A stretch of DNA of 33,468 nucleotides, taken from the IMG/VR virus record IMGVR_UViG_3300027804_000143, positions 1 through 33,468 of that record, one strand, 5' to 3'. Positions 18,273 through 27,719 of this stretch are shown here, piece by piece. Position 1 is the stretch's first letter. Each line of letters starts with the position of its first letter. Source of the DNA: a virus (lineage: Duplodnaviria > Caudoviricetes). The notes under the pieces were generated by a model. The model did not search any database. It was not told the DNA's origin and saw only the letters and a program-made list of their open reading frames with translations. The position numbers and the translations under genes are program-made.

Positions 18273-21200
18273 TGACAGTAAAGAAGACTATACCTAATTT
18301 AACTCCAGGCACATATGGATTTACATTCACCGCCACTGGAGATGGTAATGCTGTAGGTAAGCCTTCTGCTGTTTTTACATACACAGTTACTTCAGATAGC
18401 ACTCCACCACCAGTACCATCAAAGCCACAGGTCCTATCAGTTTTTGGCGGGGTTGTGGTTACTTGGACAGACCCAGGGTATCAAGTACCAGTAGACTTTG
18501 ATAGAGTAGACGTATACTATTCTGAAAACTCTTCAGCATATGTAAAGTTTGGATCAATTTTTGCAATCAATGGTACTGCAACATTTAGCAAGGCTGTCGC
18601 TGGAAGAAATTACGCATTTAAGTTTGTAGCCCTAGATAATAGCGGAAACGGATCAGCATTTTCAGAAGCTTCAGATTCAGTGCAGTCTCTTCCAATAGAC
18701 ATTGATAGCACACCACCACTAGAAGTAAGTTCAATAACAACTGCCTGGGAGGGAACTACTCTCGCAGTACAGTTTAATAAAAACGCATCTACAGATGCTA
18801 CATCCTATATTGTTAGCCTAACAAATTCTGGCACTACAGCTACGTTTGCACTGCAGGCTACTTCTGGAACAACACAAAGATTTACGCTAACAGAGTCAGA
18901 GGCTGTGGCCGCCTTTGGTCAATTTAAAACTTCATATACTGGATTAATTAAATCAAATGACAAGCTAAACAATTCTTCTGCTGGAGTTGCTTTTACTACA
19001 GCAACATATAATGACACTATTAACAATGCATCAATTGCTGATAACACATGGAATGTAACACCAGCAAATTCTGGATATATTGTTTCCTTTACAATTAATG
19101 ATTCTAATTTTTATGAAGCAGAGGTGTGGGAGTCATCTTCGCAGTCAGGCACATACTCCCTGGTCGGGGCGGGAAGATCTCCAATAGTAGTATCAGTATC
19201 TGGTCTAACAACTAGATATGTAAAGATAAGGTATGCAGGAAAAGCTTCTGGTTCATACAGTCAATACTCAACAGTAAAGCAGGTTGTGCCTGCAGATGTT
19301 GTTCAGTTTGACGATGTAGCACCAGCAAACACAGTCTCAAATACTGGATTTACAATTACGGCGGGGATAGATCCAAATGGTAAGTACCAGTTTGCAGGAT
19401 ACTTAGACTTAGTATGGCAAGCAATTACTGGAGATTCCACTATTCGTGGATATAGAATTAGATATCGTAAAGCATCATCAACAGATGCATACACATATGC
19501 CGATGTTCCAGGAGCCACATCGTCTTCATTTAGACTAGATGGCCTTTTAATCGGAGGGTCTTATGAGGTAGGAATATCTCCATATGATGAGTTAGATAAT
19601 GTTAATTCAACTTATAAGACATATCCAAATACAACTATTACAGGTACAGCATCTCTAACACAAGGTGCAATTATTACTGCTGGAGATATGGAGTTTGGTT
19701 ATGGAGTTAAAGACTCTACTGGAACAACTACTGGTCAAGAAAAGGGGTTATGGCTTGATGCAGATGATTACTGGTATATCAAGAGTGGTCAGTCATCTAG
19801 ATTCTCAGTAGGATCTGCAGGAAATAAGCTTCTTTGGGATGGAACTGATTTAAGCCTTACTGGAAAGATTTATGCCCAAGGTGGATCTATCGACGGAAAC
19901 CTTGACGTAATATCAGGAACGATTCGTGCAAGAACATCTGGTACTTCTACAGCAAAGGTAGAAATTAACTCAAGTGGTATTCAGGCTACATCTGATGGCT
20001 CTACAAATACGGTAACAATTAGCTCTACAGATGGAACAATTACCGCAAATGCTGGAAGCATTGGTGGTTGGACACTAGCCACAGATGCCCTATATAAGCC
20101 CCTAGCAGGCCTATACGCACCTTCTAGCCCAACCAGCGCTGACATTGCTTTCTGGGCGGGATCTAGCCTGGCTAATAGGTCTACTGCAGATTTTAGAGTT
20201 AGATATGACGGTGAAGTTAATGCTAGCAAATTAAAGATTTCAGGAGGCACCATTGACCTTGGTGCATCATCTCCAAACGGATTCCATGTATCAACAACTG
20301 GTGCACTTACTACGACTGGTGCAACTATCTATGGTTCATTAAACGTAGACAGCCCATCAACATTTTCAAGCAATGTTACTATTAGCGGTTCTGGAGAATT
20401 AAAGGTAGGAACTGCTACAGATTACGTAAAGATAGGAAGCACAGGTTTAGTTGGTGTTGGCGGTGGTACAGTAAAGAGCCAGATTACAACCAGTGGTTAC
20501 CTAGAGTCTACATTTGGTGCAATTGGTGGATGGTCAATTAGCTCTGGTGGTATTTCAACAACTGGAACTGGGGCAAATGCAGCATCTTCTGTAAGATTAA
20601 ATAGGTGGGTAAACTCATCTAGCAATATTATTGAAGTTACAAACGCTTCTGGGGTTCCAACATTCAAGGTAAACGGTAACGGAGATGTTGAAGTAAGAGG
20701 AACAATTACAATTTTAGACTCTGGCGGAAATACACAAAGCTATTTGACTAGCGGAGATGTTGGTCCTACTGGAGCTACAGTTATTTCTGGAGCAAGAATT
20801 ACAACTGGAACAATGTCTGGTGATAGAATTACTGGTGGAACTATTACTGGAACTACGATTAGTGGTGGAGAGTTTACGCTAAAGAATAACTCAGCAACAA
20901 ACTACTGGGATCCAACAAGTTTTGTGGCTGGAACAAACTCAACTTATTTAAGAGTGTATACTGGTACAGGAACAGATACAATCACAATGTATTCTAGAAA
21001 TACACAGTCTGGAGAGTCTGACTTAGATACAAGCTCTGGGTCGTCCACATCAAGCATCTCTATCCCTCAGCAACTTATTGTTGATCAAAACTCAATCAGA
21101 ATACAAGGCTTGCCTGGTGTTGGTAATGGTTTGACTGCAGTTGGATCACTATTGAATGAATTTGGTACTGGTGCATCAAGTGAATGGACAACAAGATATA

Positions 21201-21427
21201 TCTCTGGTGTGTATGCAAATAACTTAGGCATTTCGCCATATAAGCAGAGTATTGCTGCTGCTGAGCCATCAAGGACATATGGAAGAGCCGCAAGATATAG
21301 AATGATTGTCGCTGATCCTTACGACTACAACACATTAAAACGTGGATTTGGAGTTTATTACGGAAGTAGAACCTCAGCTCCTGGAGCATCTAACGGGTTC
21401 GTTGGCGATATTTGGATAAGTTGGTAA
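18272..21427 (+). CDS. Tail fibre/minor tail protein with FN3 repeats and Gly/Thr beta-repeat stalk
   Basis: FN3 signatures (DSTPPPVP..VVVTW..YAFKFVALDNSGNGSAFS, GYRIRYRK). Two GxIGGW repeats. C-terminal GDIW. Confidence 0.8.
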   Translation: MTVKKTIPNLTPGTYGFTFTATGDGNAVGKPSAVFTYTVTSDSTPPPVPSKPQVLSVFGGVVVTWTDPGYQVPVDFDRVDVYYSENSSAYVKFGSIFAINGTATFSKAVAGRNYAFKFVALDNSGNGSAFSEASDSVQSLPIDIDSTPPLEVSSITTAWEGTTLAVQFNKNASTDATSYIVSLTNSGTTATFALQATSGTTQRFTLTESEAVAAFGQFKTSYTGLIKSNDKLNNSSAGVAFTTATYNDTINNASIADNTWNVTPANSGYIVSFTINDSNFYEAEVWESSSQSGTYSLVGAGRSPIVVSVSGLTTRYVKIRYAGKASGSYSQYSTVKQVVPADVVQFDDVAPANTVSNTGFTITAGIDPNGKYQFAGYLDLVWQAITGDSTIRGYRIRYRKASSTDAYTYADVPGATSSSFRLDGLLIGGSYEVGISPYDELDNVNSTYKTYPNTTITGTASLTQGAIITAGDMEFGYGVKDSTGTTTGQEKGLWLDADDYWYIKSGQSSRFSVGSAGNKLLWDGTDLSLTGKIYAQGGSIDGNLDVISGTIRARTSGTSTAKVEINSSGIQATSDGSTNTVTISSTDGTITANAGSIGGWTLATDALYKPLAGLYAPSSPTSADIAFWAGSSLANRSTADFRVRYDGEVNASKLKISGGTIDLGASSPNGFHVSTTGALTTTGATIYGSLNVDSPSTFSSNVTISGSGELKVGTATDYVKIGSTGLVGVGGGTVKSQITTSGYLESTFGAIGGWSISSGGISTTGTGANAASSVRLNRWVNSSSNIIEVTNASGVPTFKVNGNGDVEVRGTITILDSGGNTQSYLTSGDVGPTGATVISGARITTGTMSGDRITGGTITGTTISGGEFTLKNNSATNYWDPTSFVAGTNSTYLRVYTGTGTDTITMYSRNTQSGESDLDTSSGSSTSSISIPQQLIVDQNSIRIQGLPGVGNGLTAVGSLLNEFGTGASSEWTTRYISGVYANNLGISPYKQSIAAAEPSRTYGRAARYRMIVADPYDYNTLKRGFGVYYGSRTSAPGASNGFVGDIWISW

Positions 21428-21428
21428 T

Positions 21429-24400
21429 ATGCCAAAGGGTTTGTGGGTCAAGGATAATGCCAGCCAATCATATAAAACAGTAACTGGGCTGTGGGTAAAG
21501 ATATCTCCAAATTCGTGGGTAAGCGTTGCCGATGCTTGGGTGAAGGTTGCAGCAGATCAACCGTACCAAATTTTTTATACGGCGGGAACAGCGCCAGACG
21601 CAGCATTAGAAATAATAAATACATATGACTCTTCTGATAGATTAAGACTTCAGGGTGTAAATAAGCATTGGACTCCAACACCTACTACACTACAATATAA
21701 GTTTGTTTATGTAGATCCATATACAGCTGCCGAGTCAGATATAACCTCATGGACTAATACAACTAATCCATCTACTGGGTCTTCTACAACACTTCCAGGA
21801 TCATCTTCATATGTCACAATTGCTAATGGGTTGACAGACCCATACTGGTACCCTGGTGTATTAAATGTTTACAAGTTTAGAGTTAGAGGATCAACAGCAT
21901 CTGGTATTTATTTTACATCAGAGGCTGAATATGCAATGCGTACACCTAAAGCGCCTACATTATCATTTACTACAGTTTCATCAAGTAGTATTAATTTAAC
22001 TATTAATTCATATAGTGTTGATGACTATATTGCTACTGGTAGATATATTGTTTATGCATATGATGGCACAGCATATAGATATGCTGGATCAGCAGGCGGT
22101 ATAGTAGGACTTGGCGGATATGCAGCAGACACTCAATCTAAAACAATTACAATAAGTGGTTTATCAACAACCAAGTCATATACTTTTTATGTATTGCCTA
22201 TTACTGGATATACTGGTACAACAGATACAAACACAACAGGGTATCATGGTTTGGAGGCTAGTATTGATGTGCAGTTGCAGGCTACGGCACCATCTACACC
22301 AGTCATTAGTAACATAACTACTTCAACAGACTCTCTTGGAGTAAAAATATCGTTTGATATATCTCTTACTTCTACTGGAAGTAGTGCAATTGATTATTGG
22401 GAATTTAACTTAAATGATGGCGGGTGGCAAAAATTTAATAGTACCTATACGCCAACACCAGACGGATACGTATTTGGTAATTCTTCTGCTCAAATATATG
22501 TTTCTGCTGGAACTTATTATACTGTAAGAGTTAGAGCAACAAACTTAGATGCAGCAACAAGCCAGCAGAGTAATCAGCTTGCAATTACATCTGCTGCTGC
22601 TCCAACAGAGCCAACATCGGTAGTTGTTAAAAGCTTTGCATTAAATCAATTTACTGTATTTTTTACAGCAGGTCAGAATACTGGTTCCGTAGCGGCTTTT
22701 GCAGAATATGATAGTTTTAATTCATTTGATTATCTAGAAGAGTATATTAATATATCTCAGTATAATCCAGGTAAAATACAACTTAATAACTCAGACTCTT
22801 CTTCTACATCCTACCAAATACGATTGAAACCGTGGACTGGGGCAAATAAAACTGGCAATGAGGGTGCATTGACATACTATACAAATAAAACTCCAAGTGG
22901 ATCTGATAAGATGCAGATATCATTGGGCACCCCATCAAGACCATCAGATAGAAAAATAGATTTGTCTTGGACAATTTCTAGCGGAGCTCCAACACAGTAT
23001 ATATGTCACTTATACACATCTGCTGGATCCTTGACTTCAAGTAAACTAGTTTCTTCGGCAACTAGCGTATCATTTACTAGTGCAGATGGAGTGCAGTATA
23101 GTACAAATTATTATATTACTGTTCAACCGCAATACCAATATGCAACAGGTGTTACATATGAAGATTTGGTATATACCTCTACAACTATAAATTCTGGAGC
23201 TAATGTAACCGCTCCTACAAGCACATCTATTGTATCTATGTCACGGCTTAACAATACTACTGTTAGGGCATACATTGGTTCATCTGGTGGAAGCGGACCA
23301 TACTACCAACTATTTTGGACAACCGCCTCATCTGCGCCAGACCCAGAAAATAGATACGATGCCGCAAGCACTACCAGCACCGTAACTGAAGATTATGGTT
23401 TTAGTGCTGGGTATACATATTATTTTTACATTAGATCCTCTAGTGAAAATTTAGGAAATACAACAACTAATGGAACTGGCACGGCTGGAACATACAGTGC
23501 ATATGGACCAACAACTGGTGCGGCTTCCTATGCATTTGTTGCTCCTTCTGGAGGAACAGCATCAGTTACTGGATCATCAACAGTTGGAAGCACACTTACA
23601 TTAAGTCTTGGAGCTCCAAGCGCTAGTCCAGCTGCAGATGGAATAACGATTATTTGGAGAAGAAATGATGGTGGGACAGGAGGAAATTCATTTACTGGTG
23701 GAACTATTATGCAAAACGGTGGCACAACGTATGTAATTGATTCTACAGTAATAGGATACTCTTCTGTTGGATATTCAATTCGTGCAGAAGTAACATGGAA
23801 TAACGGAGTTGGCTCACAGTCAGCAAATTCAAACAGTACAGTTGTAACATCAGCTGGAGTCGCCCCTAGTGGTGGATCAGTAACACTGACTCCAAGTGGA
23901 ACTCAAATGGCAGGCACAACTATTTCTGCAAACGTAACAGCAATGTCTGGCACCGCAACAATATCATATACAACAACAATACGAAAGAAAACAGGTTCAG
24001 CTCCTACATCGAAAACAGATGGAACAGAAGTAGCAAGTGGTACTGGAACTGGTAACGTAGCTTCTCATACAATTACTGCTTCAGAAGCATCTGGTACTCC
24101 AGATCAATTTAGAGCATTTACGACAGGAACAAACACCATTGGTAGCAATGTAGTATCATCTAATACAGTTATATCTACACCTTATGTCGCACCCGTAGTG
24201 ACTCCATCAGGAGGTACAGCAACTTCAACTCCATCAACTGGAACTGCTGGAACAACAACTTATTCTGGGTCTACATCAGGATGGTCTGGATCACCAACTT
24301 CATATACATATTCATGGCAGTACTTTTCTCAAAGTTCTTTTTCTTGGGTTCAATATACTTCAGGAACCACTTTCTCACCCCCATCAAATATAAACAGTTT

Positions 24401-24806
24401 ATATCCAAACTATGGGTGGCAGCTATCTGTTGCAGCAACAAATAGCGCAGGCACTGGATATGCAACAACATCTATTACAGTTAATACACCAGTAGTAGTT
24501 ACAGTCCCATCAACTCCAACTGGTGTTACCGTGTCTGGCAGCGGACTTGTAAGTTGGGATCCAGTGTCTGGTGCAACTAGTTACGAAGTATTAAATTACA
24601 CAGATAGAACATCAGCGCCATCAAACACCACTAACCGACTTGGACCTTATACCACTACAGGAATAACTGGAACATCTTTACAGCTTACTTCTACACAGGG
24701 CTATTCAGGTTCAAACAACTATGCAAGAGCCCAGGTAAGGGCTAGAAATTCTGCTGGAGTTTCAACATATTCAGCATGGTATCCATCGAGCACGACTTAT
24801 GTATAG
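21429..24806 (+). CDS. Large Ser/Thr-rich FN3/Ig-domain fibre or adhesin protein
   Basis: 1125 aa with several FN3 modules (YTVRVRATN, VSWDPVSGATSYEV..QVRARNSAGVS) and three PSGG-initiated Ig-like modules. N-terminal WVK repeats. Confidence 0.8.
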   Translation: MPKGLWVKDNASQSYKTVTGLWVKISPNSWVSVADAWVKVAADQPYQIFYTAGTAPDAALEIINTYDSSDRLRLQGVNKHWTPTPTTLQYKFVYVDPYTAAESDITSWTNTTNPSTGSSTTLPGSSSYVTIANGLTDPYWYPGVLNVYKFRVRGSTASGIYFTSEAEYAMRTPKAPTLSFTTVSSSSINLTINSYSVDDYIATGRYIVYAYDGTAYRYAGSAGGIVGLGGYAADTQSKTITISGLSTTKSYTFYVLPITGYTGTTDTNTTGYHGLEASIDVQLQATAPSTPVISNITTSTDSLGVKISFDISLTSTGSSAIDYWEFNLNDGGWQKFNSTYTPTPDGYVFGNSSAQIYVSAGTYYTVRVRATNLDAATSQQSNQLAITSAAAPTEPTSVVVKSFALNQFTVFFTAGQNTGSVAAFAEYDSFNSFDYLEEYINISQYNPGKIQLNNSDSSSTSYQIRLKPWTGANKTGNEGALTYYTNKTPSGSDKMQISLGTPSRPSDRKIDLSWTISSGAPTQYICHLYTSAGSLTSSKLVSSATSVSFTSADGVQYSTNYYITVQPQYQYATGVTYEDLVYTSTTINSGANVTAPTSTSIVSMSRLNNTTVRAYIGSSGGSGPYYQLFWTTASSAPDPENRYDAASTTSTVTEDYGFSAGYTYYFYIRSSSENLGNTTTNGTGTAGTYSAYGPTTGAASYAFVAPSGGTASVTGSSTVGSTLTLSLGAPSASPAADGITIIWRRNDGGTGGNSFTGGTIMQNGGTTYVIDSTVIGYSSVGYSIRAEVTWNNGVGSQSANSNSTVVTSAGVAPSGGSVTLTPSGTQMAGTTISANVTAMSGTATISYTTTIRKKTGSAPTSKTDGTEVASGTGTGNVASHTITASEASGTPDQFRAFTTGTNTIGSNVVSSNTVISTPYVAPVVTPSGGTATSTPSTGTAGTTTYSGSTSGWSGSPTSYTYSWQYFSQSSFSWVQYTSGTTFSPPSNINSLYPNYGWQLSVAATNSAGTGYATTSITVNTPVVVTVPSTPTGVTVSGSGLVSWDPVSGATSYEVLNYTDRTSAPSNTTNRLGPYTTTGITGTSLQLTSTQGYSGSNNYARAQVRARNSAGVSTYSAWYPSSTTYV

Positions 24807-24814
24807 GAGAATAT

Positions 24815-24997
24815 ATGCTTACTAATGAAGAAAAGATCAATTTTATTATTAATCGCATTAATAATATAGATGCTCAAATTAAGTCTTTTATAGATAATGC
24901 AGATCTTTGCGCTGGAAAATATATAGTAGAAGAAGAGGTTTTAGCCTGTAATGCTAAAAAAACGGCATTAATTCAAGAGATGGAATCCCTTGACTAA
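24815..24997 (+). CDS. Small coiled-coil protein, MLTNEEK paralog 1 (start revised to 24815, 60 aa)
   Basis: SD AGGAG 24805-24809 overlaps the fibre stop. N-terminus matches the next ORF. Confidence 0.7.
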   Translation: MLTNEEKINFIINRINNIDAQIKSFIDNADLCAGKYIVEEEVLACNAKKTALIQEMESLD

Positions 24998-25017
24998 TCA
25001 GGGCTAAATGATATAAT
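24990..25017 (+). promoter_or_regulatory. Near-consensus sigma70 promoter
   Basis: TTGACT (24990-24995), 16 bp spacer, TATAAT (25012-25017) with TG at 25009-25010. Confidence 0.7.
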
Positions 25018-25034
25018 AGATAAGGAGGAAATAA

Positions 25035-25241
25035 ATGCTAACAAACGAAGAAAAGACTGGGATTATCAACCAGCACAAGAGAAATATTGTGTTTAATAGA
25101 TACAATATTGAGCTATCCCTTATGGAGGAAAATGCTCTAACAACTCCAAATGCAGAAACAGTGGCATCTCTTACAGCACAGATTGCTGAATTAGATCGCA
25201 AGCTTGCTGCCCTTGATGAAGAGCTAGAAGCTCTCGCTTAA
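25035..25241 (+). CDS. Small coiled-coil protein, MLTNEEK paralog 2
   Basis: SD AAGGAGG. Heptad C-terminus LTAQIAELDRKLAALDEEL. Confidence 0.8.
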   Translation: MLTNEEKTGIINQHKRNIVFNRYNIELSLMEENALTTPNAETVASLTAQIAELDRKLAALDEELEALA

Positions 25242-25259
25242 TTAGACCAGGAGAAATAA

Positions 25260-25442
25260 TTGACAACAAAAGCGGAACTAGTCATTACCGCCCTGCAGCA
25301 ACGTATTGGTGAAATTGTCTCAAATTATGAGACACAAATTGCCTTGCTGAGAGCGGAACTTACAGAATATGCAAACAAAGAATCTGCCAAAGAGCAGTAT
25401 AGTGAAGAGTTAATGAATAAGCTTGCAGATGTGGAAGACTAA
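25260..25442 (+). CDS. Small coiled-coil hypothetical protein (TTG start)
   Basis: SD AGGAG. ALQQRIGEIVSNYETQIALLRAELT. Confidence 0.7.
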   Translation: MTTKAELVITALQQRIGEIVSNYETQIALLRAELTEYANKESAKEQYSEELMNKLADVED

Positions 25443-25839
25443 AAAGAAAGAAGTAGTACCTGAAATTCAGCCACCGCTTGTACCAACTCAATATCCAAGC
25501 GGTGTTGCTGTCTTTGATGGGACAAATACTTATTTTATTAAGAATAATAAAAAGTATAGAATCATCTCAGACAGAGCCGTACAAAGCTGGGGATTTAAGG
25601 TTTGGTATGGAAGTCCAGAGTCACTCTCTAAAATCGTTCTAGGGGGCATTCTAGCCTTTAGAGACGGTAGTGTGATCAAGGACGTATCAAATGGTAAAAT
25701 ATATTTAGTGGTAAACGGCATGAAACAGCACATAACTACGCCAGATTTCTTTACTAAGTTTGGGGTAAATCCTGAATATATTATTGAGGTAAGTGCTAAA
25801 GAGGCTGATTTACATAAAAATGGGGAGTCTATAACTTGA
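25429..25839 (+). CDS. Hypothetical protein with two internal ~45-aa repeats
   Basis: G..V....TYFIKNNKKYRIIS..V.SWG and G.VI.....IYLVVNGMKQHITT..F.KFG. Start is either TTG 25423 or ATG 25429. Confidence 0.7.
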   Translation: MWKTKKKEVVPEIQPPLVPTQYPSGVAVFDGTNTYFIKNNKKYRIISDRAVQSWGFKVWYGSPESLSKIVLGGILAFRDGSVIKDVSNGKIYLVVNGMKQHITTPDFFTKFGVNPEYIIEVSAKEADLHKNGESIT

Positions 25840-26414
25840 GTTTAATACCAAAGCAGTTCAACCAGGGTGATCCAATCGATGTCACAGTCCTAAATCAAAT
25901 GATTGTTGCTATCAATACATTGGCCACACAGGTAGCTCAGATTTATAAGCTTCCTGCTCCACAGGCTTCAATTACTGTAAATAATAATGGAACTACAACA
26001 ACTCAGGACGCAACAACTGGCGGGACAGTAACAACAACTACTATCCCTATGAGTATTCAGGTAAATACAAATGGATATGTAGACTTCAACAGCTCATTTG
26101 TTAAGACTCAGGTTACATTATCAAAGGCTGATGTTGACAAAGCTGCTGGTAAAACTGTTAAGGATTATAAAATTGTTGGTATATCTAGTTCACAGCCAAA
26201 ATTTACACCTAAAGGATCAACCACACAAGTTTCGGCTACTGGTATTCAGATCGAAACAAGTGTTTATGGAACAGGTAAAGCATGGTCTTGGTGGCTAGTA
26301 AAGAATGGTTTAGCATCCTATTCTGCTGGTAAAAATGCACCAGCAACAACAGACGCATCTGCAAATAGAAGAATCTATTTCACATGGCGTTTGGATGTAG
26401 AAGTATCATATTAG
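25836..26414 (+). CDS. Short fibre-like virion protein
   Basis: N-terminal FNQGDPIDVTVLNQMIVAI resembles fibre anchor motifs, then a Thr-rich linker and beta-rich C-terminus. Confidence 0.5.
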   Translation: MSLIPKQFNQGDPIDVTVLNQMIVAINTLATQVAQIYKLPAPQASITVNNNGTTTTQDATTGGTVTTTTIPMSIQVNTNGYVDFNSSFVKTQVTLSKADVDKAAGKTVKDYKIVGISSSQPKFTPKGSTTQVSATGIQIETSVYGTGKAWSWWLVKNGLASYSAGKNAPATTDASANRRIYFTWRLDVEVSY

Positions 26415-26415
26415 T

Positions 26416-26679
26416 ATGTATAGTCCAATTTCTAATTGGTCTAAGCGTAAATATAAAAAATTAAATAAATATACATTGATTTGGGTTCCAGAACATCCCA
26501 AGTCATTCGATGGCGGATGGTATTATGAACATCGCCTAGTAGTAGAAAAACATTTAGGTAGAGTGTTGAAAGAGTGGGAAACAATTCATCATATAGATGG
26601 AAACCCATCTAATAACTTAATAACGAATCTGTTTCCTTGCACAGAGCAGGAACACAAATACGCACATAAAAGTGCTTGA
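26416..26679 (+). CDS. HNH endonuclease (minimal)
   Basis: YEHRLVVEKHLGR..ETIHHIDGNPSNNLITNL..EH..AH. Confidence 0.9.
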   Translation: MYSPISNWSKRKYKKLNKYTLIWVPEHPKSFDGGWYYEHRLVVEKHLGRVLKEWETIHHIDGNPSNNLITNLFPCTEQEHKYAHKSA

Positions 26680-26705
26680 CATAATAGTCAGGGCACTAGT
26701 AGAAT
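26676..26705 (+). promoter_or_regulatory. Promoter of replication/nucleic-acid operon with overlapping dyad
   Basis: TTGACA (26676-26681), 18 bp spacer, TAGAAT (26700-26705). Confidence 0.7.
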
Positions 26706-26730
26706 TGTATAAGAGCGAGAAAGGCTTTTA

Positions 26731-27531
26731 ATGAGTAACGATTTAAAGTGGATGCTTTCATCCGACCAGCAATTCCCATATCAAGATGACAAGATGATTG
26801 AGCTATGGTTCAAAGTAATGAAGTGGTTCAAGCCAGATGTTGTCGACTATCTTGGAGATACGGATGATCAGGCATGCTACAGCAAGTATACAGAAGGAAG
26901 ATCAGCAGAGTTCCTTCAACTTCATAAAGACGACAGCCGTGACCTCATCGTTCCAATGATGCGCCATGAAGCAAAAGGTGCAAGAGATTTTTACGCAAAG
27001 ACTCGTGAGATGCTTCCAGACGCACAGCTATTTTCTGCTCTAGGAAATCACGATGTTAGAATTTTTGATTACATTGACAAGAAGCTCCCAGATTATGCAA
27101 AGGATGTAACGCCAGAGTCGTTGTGGTCTTTGGATTCTTTGGGATACGAGTATATTTATTATAATGAATTGCCTAAGCGACGCTTCGGAGATGTGCATGT
27201 TCATCATGGAATCTCAATTGCAGCGACAGGATCAGTAAGAAAAGACATGGAAGATCTTCAGGTCTCATTGATCCGTGGGCACTCACACAGAATTGCCTCC
27301 CACTTGGTTACATACGAACTAAGAAATAATGGGGAGGGAGAAACATTACGTGGCTACGAAATCGGACATATGTGCGATGAAAAGGGGCCAGGAATGAAAT
27401 ATGCACAGCACCACGATTGGCAGAAGGGGTTTGCAATAGCGCATATCGTAAACGATTATCCGCATATTCAAATGATTCATGTTGCATCCGACTATTCTTG
27501 CGTGGTAGATGGTAAGGTATTTAAGCTATGA
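26731..27531 (+). CDS. Calcineurin-like metallophosphoesterase
   Basis: SDQQ, YLGDTDD, GNHD, HHG, GHSH motifs in canonical order. Confidence 0.85.
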   Translation: MSNDLKWMLSSDQQFPYQDDKMIELWFKVMKWFKPDVVDYLGDTDDQACYSKYTEGRSAEFLQLHKDDSRDLIVPMMRHEAKGARDFYAKTREMLPDAQLFSALGNHDVRIFDYIDKKLPDYAKDVTPESLWSLDSLGYEYIYYNELPKRRFGDVHVHHGISIAATGSVRKDMEDLQVSLIRGHSHRIASHLVTYELRNNGEGETLRGYEIGHMCDEKGPGMKYAQHHDWQKGFAIAHIVNDYPHIQMIHVASDYSCVVDGKVFKL

Positions 27532-27719
27532 TGACATGCAAGCGATGTAAAGGCGGTAGAGTCTTTATTGATAGAGTATTCTCTCAGTATGACCACCTAG
27601 AATTATATTGTTTAATGTGCGCTAAGCGTTGGGTTTTTCACAAACAAGGGAGTAAGTTCGCCACATGGCTACTGCGAAAAGAGGCAGAAAGAGCACAGGC
27701 TTACGGTACTTTTTCCTAA
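27528..27719 (+). CDS. Small zinc-ribbon protein
   Basis: CKRC...CLMC with GRVFIDR between them. Confidence 0.75.
   Translation: MMTCKRCKGGRVFIDRVFSQYDHLELYCLMCAKRWVFHKQGSKFATWLLRKEAERAQAYGTFS

Noticed and set aside
21420-21431. Readthrough or frameshift fusing the two fibre genes
   Set aside because: Frames differ by +1 and there is no slippery sequence. TAA-T-ATG is ordinary translational coupling.
18272-26414. Diversity-generating retroelement or invertible fibre cassette
   Set aside because: No reverse transcriptase, recombinase, near-identical TR/VR pair or flanking inverted repeats seen. Repeats are only at diverged protein level.
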